64,000 bases of DNA from the NCBI GenBank assembly GCA_965204745.1, contig OZ242010.1:3773389-3837388 (forward strand), read 5' to 3'. Under the pieces are notes generated by a model that did not search any database, had not been told where the DNA came from, and worked only from the letters and a program-made list of their open reading frames with translations. The position numbers were made by a program, and so were the translations under genes. Positions 19,217 through 31,070 of this stretch are shown here, one piece after another (the first letter of the stretch is position 1; each line of letters begins with the position of its first letter). The DNA is from Candidatus Latescibacterota bacterium. GTDB taxonomy: Bacteria; Latescibacterota; UBA2968.

Positions 19217-19275
19217 AAGGCGTCTTGTCTTCGGATTTTGTGGCCGCTCACGCTTCAAAAGGAAAGATGGGATTT

Positions 19276-19620
19276 TAGGTTGTGTTGACATTTTATTATT
19301 TTCTGACGTTCCACACAGATTAGCAAATGTGTTGCTTGCTCATTTAAGGCGTTTCCTTTGATGGCTTCTCGCTCTGGTTGCTCTGATGGCGTTGCGCGAG
19401 GGGACCTATCCCCCGGCCCCTTTCCTACGAGGAAAGGGGAGTAAAGCTCCTTTGATGGCTTATCTCAAGGGTTGCTCTGATGGCGTGGCGCGAGGGCATA
19501 AAGCGATTAAATATCCCTCATCAATACCCTCGCAAAACCTCTCGCCATTTCCCCTTCCTCGCAGGCACAGGCGTAGCCTACAACGAAGCGTAGCGAGTAA
19601 CGGGGCTAGGGGGTAGGTCC
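19276..19620 (+). repeat. composite repeat: IS-end-like sequence plus a MITE with GGACCTA(T/C)CCCC terminal inverted repeats
   Basis: TAGGTTGTGTTGACATTTTATT...TGTGTTGCTTGCTCATTTAAGGCGTTT recurs at 27781, 33720 (rc) and 55210 (rc). The internal hairpin CCCCTTTCCTACGAGGAAAGGGG recurs at more than 10 sites. Confidence 0.8.
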
Positions 19621-19735
19621 AAAATTTTCTTGACAAGAAACGGCGTGGTACTTTAATTTTTTTCCACCATCGTTATTTGGCGCCCGCAGGCAAAAGCCAT
19701 GCCTGTGCAACTCATTATATTTTCGGAGGTTTCAG

Positions 19736-22700
19736 ATGATTACCACCCTTTTCAGATCGCGCTTGTTGGCCCTGTTCATGCTGGTCGGACTGGTGGCATC
19801 GGGGCCGGCTTTTGCCCAAACCATCATCGACTACGACACCGACGACGACGGCTACATTGAGGTGTCCGGCCACGCCCAACTCAACGCCATTCGCAACGAC
19901 CTCGACGGCGACGGCAATCCCACAGTCGGCGGCTCCAGTGCCTACAACAACGTATTCCCCAACCGCGACGGCAACGCCGCCACGCGCATGGGCTACCCCT
20001 CAGGAAACTGCGTCGGCTACGAACTCACCGCCAACATCAACCTAACCACCTACACCAACTGGGATCCCATCGGCGACAACACCAACAACTACACAGGCGA
20101 CTTCAAGGGCAACGGCTACACTATCGACAACCTGACCATCAGCCGTTCCACCGAATCTTATGTGGGACTATTCGGCGCCTTCAGCTCCACCGCTCGCATC
20201 GAGTCCGTCGGCATAACCAACGCCAACGTTACGGGAAGCGAATTCGCCGGCGCTCTGGTCGGCGGCTCTAACGGAGAAATCATCGCCTGCTGGTCCACCG
20301 GCAGCGTTACGGCAAGAAGGGTCGTTGGCGGACTGGTCGGATAGACTGGCAGCACTATCACCTCAAGCTACTCCCACGCATCCGCCACCGGAACCCAAGC
20401 ATCAACGTCTGATCACGTCGGCGGACTGCTGGGACAAGCCAAGGTGCCAACGTAAGGAACTCCTACTCCACCGGCAGGGTTACCCGCGCCACCGGTGCCA
20501 CTACTACAAACGTCGGCGGGTTGATAGGAAGCGGCAGCTCGACCGACGCTCCCGGTAGTTACTGGGACACCCAAACCAGCGGGCAGGCAACAAGCGCCGG
20601 CAGTGCCACCGCGGTGGGACAAATGACCACCGCGCTCCAAAATCCCACCGGCTACACCGGCATCTACGCCAACTGGAACATCGACCTAGACAACGCCGAC
20701 GGCGACAACAACAGGACAACCGGCGTGGACGACCCCTGGGACTTCGGCGCCACAAACGCATATCCCACGCTGACATACGGACTCACCGACTACGATCTGG
20801 ACAACGACGGCTACATCGAGGTGTCCGGCCACGCCCAACTCAACGCCGTCCGCTACGACCTCAACGGCACTGGGGTCGTAGCCGCTACTGATACCGCGAA
20901 CTACAACGCCGCCTTCCCCCTACGCATGACATCCGCCACAAAGCGCATGGGCTGCCCCAGAAGCGGTTGCACGGGCTATGAACTCACCGCCGATATAGAC
21001 CTCGACACCAACGGCGACGGCAACCACACCGCCGCCGACGCATACTACAACAGCGGCAACGGCTGGGATCCTTTAGGCGGCGACTCCGGCAACCGCAACC
21101 AGTACTCAGGCAATTTCAAAGGCAACGGCTTCACCATAGACAACCTGGTCATCAATAGAACCGGCACCGACGACGTCGGTCTGTTCGGCGCAAATTCCAG
21201 TACATCCACCATCGAGACATTGGGCGTAACCAACGCCAACGTCTCGGCGCGGGAATATGTCGGCATTCTGGTAGGCACCAGTTACGGAGCAATCATCGCC
21301 TGTTACACCACCGGCGCGGTGAGCGCCTCCGTAGCGGATGTCGGCGGGCTGATAGGCTTAATGAACAGATCCGCTACGTCCGTCACCTCTAGCTACTCCA
21401 CCGCGTCCGTCAGCGGAGGCGCCAGTAATGGCGGCGGCCTAGTAGGGCGGGTCGTAAGCGGTAGCGTAACAAACTCATATTCCACCGGCAGCGTCACCAC
21501 CACCGACACCCCAAGGGGCGGGTTAATTGGGCTGAGCAGCAGCGGCATCGTAACCGCAAGCTACTGGGACACCACAACTAGCGGCCGCTCCAACAGCGCA
21601 GCCGGAACGGGCTACGCCACCGCAGACCTCAAGGGCCCCACCGACTACACCGGCATCTACTCCACATGGAACGCCAACATCGACGGACAGCCGGGCAACG
21701 ACGACCCGTGGTACTTCGGTAGCCCCGGATGGTACCCGCTACTGAAGTACGGCGGGCATGACCTCGGAAAGCAGGACTCCGGCGAATACGACTACGATGA
21801 CGACGGCTACATCAACGTCTTCACCCTCGCTCAGCTCAACGCCATCCGCTACGACCTAGATGGCAACGGCGATCCCGCAAGCGGCGCTACCGCCTACAAC
21901 GCCGCCTTCCCCTACCGCGACACCGCCGCCGGTAGCCGAATGGGTTGCCCGTCCGGCACCTGCACGGGCTACGAACTGCTCGCAAGCCTCGACTTCGACG
22001 AAAACGGCGATGGCGACATTACCCAAACCGGCGACCCCACATATTGGAACAGCGGCATGGGCTGGAATCCCATCGGAACTTTCTCCACCCCATACCAAGG
22101 CGATTTCAAGGGCAGCGGCCACACCATCAACAACCTGTTCATCAGCCGTGGCAACGTGAATACCATGCCTGCTACACCACGGGATCGGTCACCGGCACAG
22201 ACCGCGTCGGCGGCATAGTTGGCTATCAAGGCCGAAACGCGGCGGTTATCAATTCCAGCTACTCCACCGCCGCCGTCAGCGGCAACAACTATGTCGGCGG
22301 GGTGTTGGGGCAAAAGTTCGGCAGTGTAACGAACTCATACTCCACCGGCCGAGTCAGCGGGTCCTCAAACGTCGGCGGGCTAATAGGATCCTCTAGTCAA
22401 GGCAGCACGACCAATAGCTACTGGGACACCTCCACCAGCCGCACAACCAGTAGCAGCGGTGGCGGCACGGGTAAGACGACCAGCGAGCTCCAAAGCCCCA
22501 CCACCTACGGTGCCACCGCCAACGACACCTACTACGGCTGGGACGCCGACCTCGACGGACAATCCGGCAACGATGATCCGTGGACCTTTGGCGCGATGAA
22601 TCAGTATCCGGTCTTGAAGTATGCTGGCATGGACACCACCGTGCAATTTCAGATCCAACCCGTGGTCGTGACGTTGGCACTGACGCCCTCGACGATCTCG

Positions 22701-24230
22701 GAAAGCGGCGGGATGAGTACCGTGACCGCGACGCTGGCACACCCGTTGAGCACGGCGACGACGATCACTGTGCGCCCTGTGGCGGGTGCTTACACGGTGG
22801 GGACGGATTCGACGATCACCATCGCGGCCGGGCAAACCGCGAACGCGTCGGACACGGTGGTCATCACAGCGGTGGACAACACCCAAGACGCGCCTAATCG
22901 CGACGTGGACATGTCCGTTGTGGCGGGCAACGCCCAGGCAGTGTTCCTCTCGACTGTGATAACGATCACCGATGATGACGCGCCGCCGATGCTCTTGATC
23001 GATTCGCCGAGTGCGGTTGAGGGCACTGCCTTGACGTTCACCGTTAGATTGAATGCGGTGAGTGGCAAGGAGGTGACGGTGGCGTATGCAGACGCTGGCA
23101 CGGGTAGCGCGACTTCGGGGACGGATTACACCGCGCTTACCGCAGGAACCCTGACCTTCGCGGCGGGCACGACCATGACCAGCCAGACCTTCGCTATTTC
23201 TGTGACCGGCGACACGGATGATGAGCCGAACGAGACCGTGATGGTGACTTTGAGCAACGCGGTCAATGCCACCTTTGATGGCGGGGCTACGAGCCTCACC
23301 GGCACCGGTACGATTATCGACAACGATGGCATGCCTGCGCTGAGTATCGGTTCGCCAAGCGTGATTGAAGGCGCGACCGGCGCGACCCTGACCTTTCGGG
23401 TGTACCTACGCCCAGCGCACACGGCACAAGTGACGGTGGCGTATGCAGACGCTGGCACGGGCACCGCGACTTCGGGGACCGATTACACCGCGCTTACCGC
23501 AGGGACCCTGACCTTCGCGGTAGGCGATACCATCCAGACCATCCCTGTTTCTGTGACCGACGACTCGGATGATGAGCCGAACGAGACCGTGATCGTGACG
23601 CTGAGCAGTGCGACCAATGCGACCATAAGCACAGCGTAAGGCACCGGGACGATTATCGATGACGAAACCCCGAGTGCCAACTTGGATGTGGATGGCGATG
23701 GCCGGGTGAGATTGTTCTCGGATATAATCCTGGTCATTCGATATGTCCTCTTCTTCCGGAACGAGGCCCTCCTCAGAGGGAACGTCATCGAGCCAACTGC
23801 CACGCGCACGACCGCTCAAGAAATTGAACCCTACCTCGACACGTTGGTCAATCAGAACATTCTCGATGTGGATGGCGATGGCGATGTGAGGCTGTTCTCG
23901 GATATAATCCTGGTCATTCGATACGTCCTCTTCTTCCGGAACGAGGCCCTCCTCAGAGGGAACGTCATCGAGCGAAATGCTACGCGCAAGACCGCTCAAG
24001 AAATTGAACCCTACCTCGACACGTTGGTCAATCAGAACATTCTCGATGTGGATGGCGATGGCGATGTGAGGCTGTTCTCGGATATAATCCTGATCATTCG
24101 ATACGTCCTCTTTTTCCGGAACGAGGCCCTCGTCAGAGGGAACGTCATCGAGCAAAATGCTACGCGCACGACCGCTCAAGCCATTGAACCCTACATTCGA
24201 AACCTCTATCCCGACTCCCACTTCCAATGA
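19736..24230 (+). pseudogene. pseudogenised paralog of the giant GLUG/Calx-beta/dockerin-repeat surface protein (signal peptide, 3 GLUG units, 3 Calx-beta, 3 dockerin-like repeats)
   Basis: In-frame TAG at 20342-20344, frameshift near 20445, a deletion/frameshift of about 135 bp near 22150-22200, and in-frame TAA at 23637-23639. The last about 2.1 kb is roughly 95% identical to the reverse complement of 43998-46070. Confidence 0.7.
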
Positions 24231-24421
24231 AAGCCTGTTCCCTGACCGCCACAGATGAAGATGGCGATGGCAATGTGAATTTCGCCGACTTCTTGACCTT
24301 TGCGGATAAGTTCGGCTCGCGGCTCGGACAGGAGCGATATGACGCCCGGTGCGATGGCGATGGTCAAATTGACTCTGCCGATTTCTTCATCTTCGCCGAT
24401 AACTTTGGTTCGACAGGCTGA
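24227..24421 (+). CDS. stand-alone dockerin-like minigene (two Ca-binding repeats), start overlapping the stop of the upstream gene
   Basis: DEDGDGNVNFADFLTFADKFG and DGDGQIDSADFFIFADNFG dockerin type-I-like repeats; ATGA start/stop overlap; paralog at 43801-44001. Confidence 0.6.
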   Translation: MKACSLTATDEDGDGNVNFADFLTFADKFGSRLGQERYDARCDGDGQIDSADFFIFADNFGSTG

Positions 24422-24450
24422 CAAATGCGAAAGACGTGAAAGGGAAAAGT

Positions 24451-24490
24451 AAAGCCCGGGTTCCCAGTGAACTCGGGCTTTACTTTTTGG
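24451..24490 (+). terminator. Rho-independent terminator
   Basis: AAAGCCCGGGTTCCCAGTGAACTCGGGCTTT followed by ACTTTTT. Confidence 0.7.
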
Positions 24491-24499
24491 GAATTGGGT

Positions 24500-24950
24500 A
24501 CCTACCCCCTGGCCCCGTTACTCGCTACGCTTCGTTGTAGGCTACGCCTGTGCCTACGAGGAAGGGGGAATGGCGAGAGGGATTGCGAGGGATTGCGCGA
24601 GCGGTTTTTGGATTTCATGGCGTGATCCATTCGCCCAAAGCCATCAGAATAGCCCTGGATGCAAACCTTTAAGAAAGCCATGCGCTCCCCCTTTCCTGCG
24701 AGGAAGGGGGAATGGCGAGCGGTTTTGCGAGGGGAATGGCGAGCGGTTTTTGGGGTTCATGGCGTGATCCATTCGCCCAAAGCCATCAGAATAGCCCTGG
24801 ATGTAAACCTTTAAGAAAGCCATGCGCTCCCCCTTTCCTCGCAGGAAAGGGGGCCGGGAGGATAGGTCTATGGCGGTGGGGATGTGTGGGGTAATCCGCG
24901 TAATCCGCGTAATCCGCGTAATCCGTTTAATCCGCGATTCAGACACGGCC
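24500..24950 (+). repeat. cluster of MITE-like elements plus a (GTAATCCGC)4 microsatellite
   Basis: Same TIR family and CCCCTTTCCT hairpins; two near-identical approximately 130-bp subrepeats. Confidence 0.75.
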
Positions 24951-24963
24951 GGGAGGTGAGGCA

Positions 24964-26130
24964 TCACAATTTGAATGGTTCGCGCTCGGTTTGGGCGAGG
25001 GTTTGCGCGATGAGGGGGGCGAGGTCGAGGGAGGATTCAATGGCGTGGACTTTTTGTAAATCCGCGTGCGTTTCCGGGTGTTTGGGCACGAAGACCGAGC
25101 AACAATCCTCGTAGGGTTCGATAGAGATATCATAGGTGCCGATGCGCCGAGCAAGCGCGATGATCTCTTCCTTGTTGTCGCCGGCCAATGGGCGCAGGAT
25201 GGGTAGCGCGGTCACTTCTTCGATGGCGCGCAGGTTCGACAGGGTTTGCGATGCGACTTGACCGACGTTTTCGCCGGTGACGAGTGCTTGGGCATCCACC
25301 TTTTTGGCGATGGCTTCTGCGATCCGCAACATCGCGCGGCGGTAGAGAATGACGCGATAACTCGCGGGCGCGCGCATCATAATTTGGCGTTGAATTTCCA
25401 CGAAGGGGACGAGGTACAAGTCCGACGCGAATTGATGCCGGTTGAGGAGGCGCACGATGTCTTCGGTATTGCGCTGGGAATTGCGATTGGTGTAGGGCTG
25501 GCTGTGGAAATGCACGTACGTCAGGGTGACGCCGCGCTTCATCAATTTGTAAGACGCCACGGGCGAGTCGATCCCGGACGAGATGAGGCTGACAGCGCGT
25601 TCCCCCGTACCCACGGGCAACCCCCCGGGTGCGGGGATTTTTTTTGCATAGACAAAGATGCGTTGCGGGGCGATTTCAATAAAACAAGTGAGATCCGGCG
25701 CGTCCATCTGCACGCGCGCGCCGGAAAGGGTTTGGATGTGATGGCCCACGTCTCGATTGATTTGCTCGGAATTGAGCGGAAAGGTTTTGTCCCCGCGCTT
25801 GGTCACAATTTTGAAGGATGCGAACTCGGCTTTTTGTGCCAGTGCCCAAGCGGTTTCCCGGATGGCTTCCATCTCGCGTTCTACGACCACAGCCTCGGAA
25901 AAATTGGCGATGCCAAAGACCGTTGCGAGCCGCTCGCAGATCACCTCGGTCGGCGATTCCGGGGTGAGCGCGAGCATCATCCGGCCCGACAGGCGTTGCA
26001 CATTCCCGCGCGGCAACCCTTTGAGCGCGCGGTCGATGTTGGTCATCAGGCGCCGTTCAAATCTGCCCCGATTTTTGCCCTTGAGGCCGATTTCGTGATA
26101 GTGGATGAGCATGAAGCGGTCGTTGTTCAT
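24964..26130 (-). CDS. thiI: tRNA 4-thiouridine(8) synthase
   Basis: THUMP-like N-terminus and PP-loop SGGIDSPVA. Confidence 0.85.
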   Translation of the reverse strand: MNNDRFMLIHYHEIGLKGKNRGRFERRLMTNIDRALKGLPRGNVQRLSGRMMLALTPESPTEVICERLATVFGIANFSEAVVVEREMEAIRETAWALAQKAEFASFKIVTKRGDKTFPLNSEQINRDVGHHIQTLSGARVQMDAPDLTCFIEIAPQRIFVYAKKIPAPGGLPVGTGERAVSLISSGIDSPVASYKLMKRGVTLTYVHFHSQPYTNRNSQRNTEDIVRLLNRHQFASDLYLVPFVEIQRQIMMRAPASYRVILYRRAMLRIAEAIAKKVDAQALVTGENVGQVASQTLSNLRAIEEVTALPILRPLAGDNKEEIIALARRIGTYDISIEPYEDCCSVFVPKHPETHADLQKVHAIESSLDLAPLIAQTLAQTEREPFKL

Positions 26131-27701
26131 AGTCGAGTCGTCGAGAATGGATCGCGCTGGAGAACGACGAGGGTGATATCGTCTGTGCGCCGCGCATCGC
26201 CGATAAAAGAGGTGACCTCTGCGACCAAGTCGTCGATCAAATCCGCGGGCTGTCGGGAGGGGAGGGCGCGCTCGAGGCGGCGAACAAATCGGTCGTCGTC
26301 AAAAAAGTCGCGCTGGGCATTTTGCGCTTCCACGACGCCATCGGAATAGAGCACCAAGCGATCCCCCGGGTTCAGGGTGAGATGGATTGTGCGATAAGGC
26401 GTTTCTGGCCGCACGACTGCGGGAATGCCCAAGGGATAGCCCGTGAGATCGAGAAATTGAGAGTGCTTGGAAAGATGAATCGGCGGGCAGTGCCCCGCGC
26501 TTGCGATAGTGACCTCGGCGGTGGTTGTGTCGAGCACGGCGATGCAACAAGTGATAAACGTGGCGGCTTCAATCTGACCTTCGAGCGACGCGTTTAGCCC
26601 ATCGAGAATATCCCCCGGCGCGGTGCGATTTTGGCATTCGTAGCGCAGCATCTCATTAAAACGCACGGCTGTCACCGCCGCTTCCATCGCTTTGCCAGAG
26701 ACGTCGGCAACCACGATGCCGAGTTTTGTCTGCTCGTCGTCCAAATAGCGGTACGCATAGTAGTCCCCACCCACGCTGTTGGCCGGGATGCACGTCCCTG
26801 CAAGTTCAAACCCGGGCAGTTCTGGACTCGATTGCGGCAACAGGCTCATTTGCATGTCGTGCGCGGTTTGCAACTCGTCTCGCATTTCTGAAAATTGTTG
26901 TTTGTAGTCCTCCCACTGCCGGCCTTCTTCGCACAGGGTTTGGTTGTACGCGGATGCCACGATGCCGAGGGACAGGGGTTGAAACAGGAGGAAAATGCAG
27001 ACTTGAACGAGGGTATTGGCGGCGACCTGCCCGATGAGCACAACAGCACCCCCGAGAATCCCAAGCGAGGCGAGGATGAGGGCGAAGTGCCGGAAAAAGC
27101 CATAGCGTTCAACGGCCTTGCGGCTTTCCACATGGGCTTCGTCGACGTGCATGCCGCGGTCCGCGGCCAGCAGGTAGATGTAGAAACACTTGACGACAAA
27201 AATGAGGCCGGGCAAAAATAACAGGCATGACGCCAACACAGATGCGTAAAACAGGATGTTCCGCTCCGCCAAAAATCGTTCGATATGCTCTGGCCCAATG
27301 GCGATGACCCAAGGCGTTTCTCGGGCGATATCTTGCTTGAACGCATTGAACAGGAGCGCAAACGCATCGCTATTCAAAAACACCGGCACTGCGATAATGA
27401 GCACGCCGAGAATGAAAAACAGCAGCACAAAAATGTTCATCGAAAAAAAGCGGGCGAACCGGATGAGTTGCCCAAACAGATCGCGCAAGTGGGGTTTCTC
27501 GCCTTGGTGGGCGCGCAAAATCATCATGGCAAACCCCGCGTACAGGCTGCCCAAAAGCAGGGTGCCGGACAGCACACTCAGGAGCGTCGCCAAAAATGAC
27601 GCCAAAAACAAGATGGGCAGATGGCTCGCCCAAGTGGAGAGGCTGTCGCTGAGACAGCGAAAGAATCGGAGGTTTGCCCGAACGGGAATGTCGAAAGCCA
27701 T
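26127..27701 (-). CDS. PP2C-family serine/threonine phosphatase (SpoIIE/RsbU-like) with an N-terminal multi-TM domain
   Basis: C-terminal GDYYAY...VADVSGKAMEAA...LYSDGVVE PP2C/SpoIIE motifs. Confidence 0.8.
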   Translation of the reverse strand: MAFDIPVRANLRFFRCLSDSLSTWASHLPILFLASFLATLLSVLSGTLLLGSLYAGFAMMILRAHQGEKPHLRDLFGQLIRFARFFSMNIFVLLFFILGVLIIAVPVFLNSDAFALLFNAFKQDIARETPWVIAIGPEHIERFLAERNILFYASVLASCLLFLPGLIFVVKCFYIYLLAADRGMHVDEAHVESRKAVERYGFFRHFALILASLGILGGAVVLIGQVAANTLVQVCIFLLFQPLSLGIVASAYNQTLCEEGRQWEDYKQQFSEMRDELQTAHDMQMSLLPQSSPELPGFELAGTCIPANSVGGDYYAYRYLDDEQTKLGIVVADVSGKAMEAAVTAVRFNEMLRYECQNRTAPGDILDGLNASLEGQIEAATFITCCIAVLDTTTAEVTIASAGHCPPIHLSKHSQFLDLTGYPLGIPAVVRPETPYRTIHLTLNPGDRLVLYSDGVVEAQNAQRDFFDDDRFVRRLERALPSRQPADLIDDLVAEVTSFIGDARRTDDITLVVLQRDPFSTTRL

Positions 27702-27780
27702 GGGAGTTGTCAGTTGTCAGTTGTCAGGCCGCCCCGCCCTGCGAACCCGCAAGCGAGACGTGAGACGTGAGATGGAAGTT

Positions 27781-28200
27781 TATTAGGTTGTGTTGACATT
27801 TCATTTTTTGACGTTACGCACAGAGTAGCAACTGTGTTGCTTGCTCATTTAAGGCGTTTGGTCCTTTGATGGCTTATATCTCTAGTTGCTCTGATGGCGT
27901 GGCGCGAGGGGACCTATCCCCCGGCCCCTTTCCTACGAGGAAAGGGGAGTAAAGCTCCTTTGATGGCTTCTCGCTCTGGGTTGCTCTGATGGCGTGGCGC
28001 GAGGGCATAAAGCGATTAAATATCCCTCATCAATCCCCTCGCAAAACCGCTCACAGTTCCCCCCTTCCTCGCAGGAAGGGGGGTTAGGGGGGTAGGTCCC
28101 GATAAGGAGCGACTGTTCCAGTTTCTCAAATCGAGAGCATATCCTGCGATAGGGCTTGATCTTCTCGATAAATCGCTCAAGCCAGTTGCTTTGCTCGTAA
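27781..28200 (+). repeat. IS-end-like repeat, MITEs, and a relic of the IS5-family transposase C-terminus (minus strand)
   Basis: The minus strand encodes NWLERFIEKIKPYRRICSRFEKLEQSLL, the conserved C-terminal motif of IS5/ISL2-type transposases. The same relic is at 54810-54900. Confidence 0.7.
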
Positions 28201-28371
28201 ATGTCAACAGAACCTAGCCACAAAAGGCACGAGCGGGGTACAATGGCGATAGCCAGTTCAAAGGCGAGCAGTGAGGGTGGGGCTTCTCCCGTCTTGCCTC
28301 TCACCTCTCACCTTTTTAGATGCCCCCGTGCTCGCCCGAAGATACAAGATGTAGGAAAGCCGCACAGCAGT

Positions 28372-29784
28372 CTAAGGTTTTTCTTTGTTCAACTTGTACT
28401 TGCGGTACAAGTGGCGGAATTGGTCGTAGCTGAGTTTGAGTTGGTCGGCGGCTTTGCGTTGGCTCCAGGAGACGTCGTGGAGAACGCGGCGCAACAGGCC
28501 GAGTTCAAAGGATCGCACCTGTGCTTCAAATCCACTGTCCATGCCGACGGATGCGGGCGCGTGTTGGGCCACTTCGGGCGGCAGGTCGCCGGGTTCTATC
28601 GCAGTGCCACGCGCCACACACGCGGCGCGTTCAACTGCAAATTTGAGTTCGCGCACATTGCCCGGCCAGCGATACGCCATCAGGTGTTCCATTGCCGAAT
28701 CGGAAAATTCGCGCTGTTGAAGGCCGGGGACTTCCCCGACGATTTGCGCGACGAAATAATGGGCCAATGGGGGAATGTCTTCGCGGCGTTCGCGCAACGG
28801 GGGGATCCGCAACACCTCAAAGCGCAAGCGGTCGTAGAGGTCTTGGCGGAATCGGCCCTCGGCAATCTCGGTTTCGAGATCGGCATTGGTCGCGGTAATC
28901 ACGCGCACGTCGGGCAAAGCAATGGGCACCGCGCTGCCCACGCGCTGAATTTCGCCGTATTCGATGGCGCGCAGTATGTTTTGCTGAAACTCGGGCGTGG
29001 TATTGCCAATTTCGTCGAGGAATATCGTGCCCCCGCGCGCGGCTTCAAATTTGCCCGGGCGGGCTTCTGTGGCGCCGGTATAAGCCCCTTTCTCGTGCCC
29101 GAAGAGTTCGCTTTGCAACAACTGATCCGCAAGGGCCGCGCAGTTGACTTTGACAAAGGGCCGATCCTTGCGCGCACCGCCGTAGTGGATGGCAGCGGCG
29201 ACGAGTTCCTTGCCAGTGCCGGGTTCGCCCACGATGAGCGCGGGCCGAGGGATGGGCGCGACGGTTTGGGCTTGTTGGAGAATGTGTCGAAATTTCGCGC
29301 TGTTGCCGATGATCCGATACCGCTTGCCAAATTCGTCTCGGTAAAATTGGTTTTCCCGGCCCAAGTCCTGAACTTCGGCGCGCAGTTGGGCGTTTTCCCG
29401 GAGTGCGCGATACACGCGGTCGAGTTTTTTGACGCTGAGTTCAATTTTGTCTTCCAAGTAAAAATCTTTTTCAATAAAGTCCGTCGCCCCCAGGCGCAAC
29501 GCGGCCACGGCCGTATCTATGGTGCCTTGCCCAGTCAGCATGATGATGGGCAAATCCGGCACGGCGTCGAGCATCTGCGGCAAAATCTCGAGGCCATCGG
29601 GTTGGTCAGGCCCGAAGTCGAGGTCGAGAATCACGAGGCCGATGCGGTCCGGATGCTGCTCGAGATAGGCCAACGCCTCGCAGGCAGTTGAAAATGCCTG
29701 TACCCTGCGCGTGTCGCTTTGCAGGGTTTCGATCAGCATGTCGAGGACTTCGATTTGGTCGTCTGCAACGATAATTTCGGTCAT
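28372..29784 (-). CDS. sigma-54-dependent response regulator (NtrC family: receiver, AAA+, Fis HTH)
   Basis: Receiver domain D54 region, GEPGTGKE Walker A, GAFTGA-like ESELFGHEKGAYTGA, and a C-terminal HTH. Confidence 0.9.
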   Translation of the reverse strand: MTEIIVADDQIEVLDMLIETLQSDTRRVQAFSTACEALAYLEQHPDRIGLVILDLDFGPDQPDGLEILPQMLDAVPDLPIIMLTGQGTIDTAVAALRLGATDFIEKDFYLEDKIELSVKKLDRVYRALRENAQLRAEVQDLGRENQFYRDEFGKRYRIIGNSAKFRHILQQAQTVAPIPRPALIVGEPGTGKELVAAAIHYGGARKDRPFVKVNCAALADQLLQSELFGHEKGAYTGATEARPGKFEAARGGTIFLDEIGNTTPEFQQNILRAIEYGEIQRVGSAVPIALPDVRVITATNADLETEIAEGRFRQDLYDRLRFEVLRIPPLRERREDIPPLAHYFVAQIVGEVPGLQQREFSDSAMEHLMAYRWPGNVRELKFAVERAACVARGTAIEPGDLPPEVAQHAPASVGMDSGFEAQVRSFELGLLRRVLHDVSWSQRKAADQLKLSYDQFRHLYRKYKLNKEKP

Positions 29785-29816
29785 GGGAGTTTCGCCACAA
29801 CAGGTGAAGGCGTGAA

Positions 29817-31070
29817 CTATGGAATAAACTCTTCGGCGATGGGATCGCGGGAGATGTCGGTGACGCTGTGTTGGAGGCCAATGCTGTCTTTGCGGGCAGA
29901 GACCTCGAAATCCACGGGCAGATCGATGCGAAAAACCGCCCCCGCGCCCGGGCGGCTGATCACGCGCAACGTGCCCCGATGCGCTGCGGCAATGCGCGCA
30001 CAGATGCTCAAGCCATAGCCATTGCCGCGTTTTCGCGTTGAAAACCCAGGGTCAAAAATGCGCGTTTGCAAATGTTCGGGAATGCCGGGGCCATTGTCTT
30101 CCACCTCGACATAGACCGACCCGCGTTCTGTATCTGCGCCGACTTGGACCGTTACCCGGCCGCCGGTTTCAATGGCTTCGAGGGCGTTGAGGGTGAGATT
30201 GGTCACGGCTTCGGACAGCATGCCTGCATCCGCTTTGACCTGCGGCACTTGCGGTTCGGCGGCAAAGGCGATTTCCCCGTGGCCTGCGCGGGTTGCGAGT
30301 TTGTCGGTCGTTTGCGCCGCGAGTTGCACCACATCGACCAACGAGGGGTTCAGCGCGTCTTGCTTCATCGACCGCAAGTACGCCACCCATTGGTTGTAGA
30401 TGTGTTCTTGCTCGCGCGCGATGTCTTTCAAATCGTCGAGGCCACAGGTGTGCAATGGCAACTTGCGGATCGTGCGGCGCATGCGGCTACCGGAAAGCCC
30501 CATCAGGTTCTTGATGCGGTGCCCGTGCGTGTACAGGCTTTCGTACACCTGGGCGCGGCCCAAGTCGATGAGCTCGAGAGACAAGCGGGCGAGGATGCTC
30601 GGCGCGCGGACGCCAAATTCCTCGGTGATGCTCGCGTATTCGCTTTCCATTTGCGTGGGGGTCATGGATTGAAAGAGCAACCGCGCGAGGTTGCGATAGG
30701 GCAACATGTAATCGGGTTCGAGGTGGATGGCGATTTTGAGTTCGCCCAAGGCCGACAGAATTTGCCCATTTTGCATGAGCAAAACCCCGAGGTTGTTGTG
30801 CCCGGGCGCGAAGAGAGGGTCGGCCTCCAACCCCCTGCGATAAACCGCAATGGCACGCGCGGTGTTTTCCGGCAAGTCGTCGAGCAGGCTACCCAACAAA
30901 AAACACGCACGGTCGAGAAAGGCACACGCGCCGCCCTGCTCGCTGTGGTCGAGAATGGCTTCGAGGTGTTCAACGGCTTTTTTGAAGTCATCCGACCCCG
31001 GCGTCGCGCCGCGTGCATGTTGCAAAGCCCGTTGGAAACGGGCTTCGATAGTGTGTTGGTCGTTGGACAT
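29817..31070 (-). CDS. sensor histidine kinase (cytoplasmic, TPR-like N-terminus)
   Basis: HATPase_c G-boxes DNGPGIPE and GNGYGLSI. Start chosen after the microsatellite-encoded MCLLCLLCLL. Confidence 0.8.
   Translation of the reverse strand: MSNDQHTIEARFQRALQHARGATPGSDDFKKAVEHLEAILDHSEQGGACAFLDRACFLLGSLLDDLPENTARAIAVYRRGLEADPLFAPGHNNLGVLLMQNGQILSALGELKIAIHLEPDYMLPYRNLARLLFQSMTPTQMESEYASITEEFGVRAPSILARLSLELIDLGRAQVYESLYTHGHRIKNLMGLSGSRMRRTIRKLPLHTCGLDDLKDIAREQEHIYNQWVAYLRSMKQDALNPSLVDVVQLAAQTTDKLATRAGHGEIAFAAEPQVPQVKADAGMLSEAVTNLTLNALEAIETGGRVTVQVGADTERGSVYVEVEDNGPGIPEHLQTRIFDPGFSTRKRGNGYGLSICARIAAAHRGTLRVISRPGAGAVFRIDLPVDFEVSARKDSIGLQHSVTDISRDPIAEEFIP

Noticed and set aside
24500-24950. Possible CRISPR array, suggested by regularly spaced CCCCTTTCCT...AGGAAAGGGG hairpins
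   Set aside because: The repeats are imperfect, the units are long (about 130 bp) with no unique spacers, the same units occur at many unlinked sites, and there are no cas genes. They are MITE-like elements.
28201-29691. 496-aa plus-strand ORF antisense to the sigma-54 response regulator
   Set aside because: Shadow ORF; low-complexity Ala/Gly/Arg-rich product.
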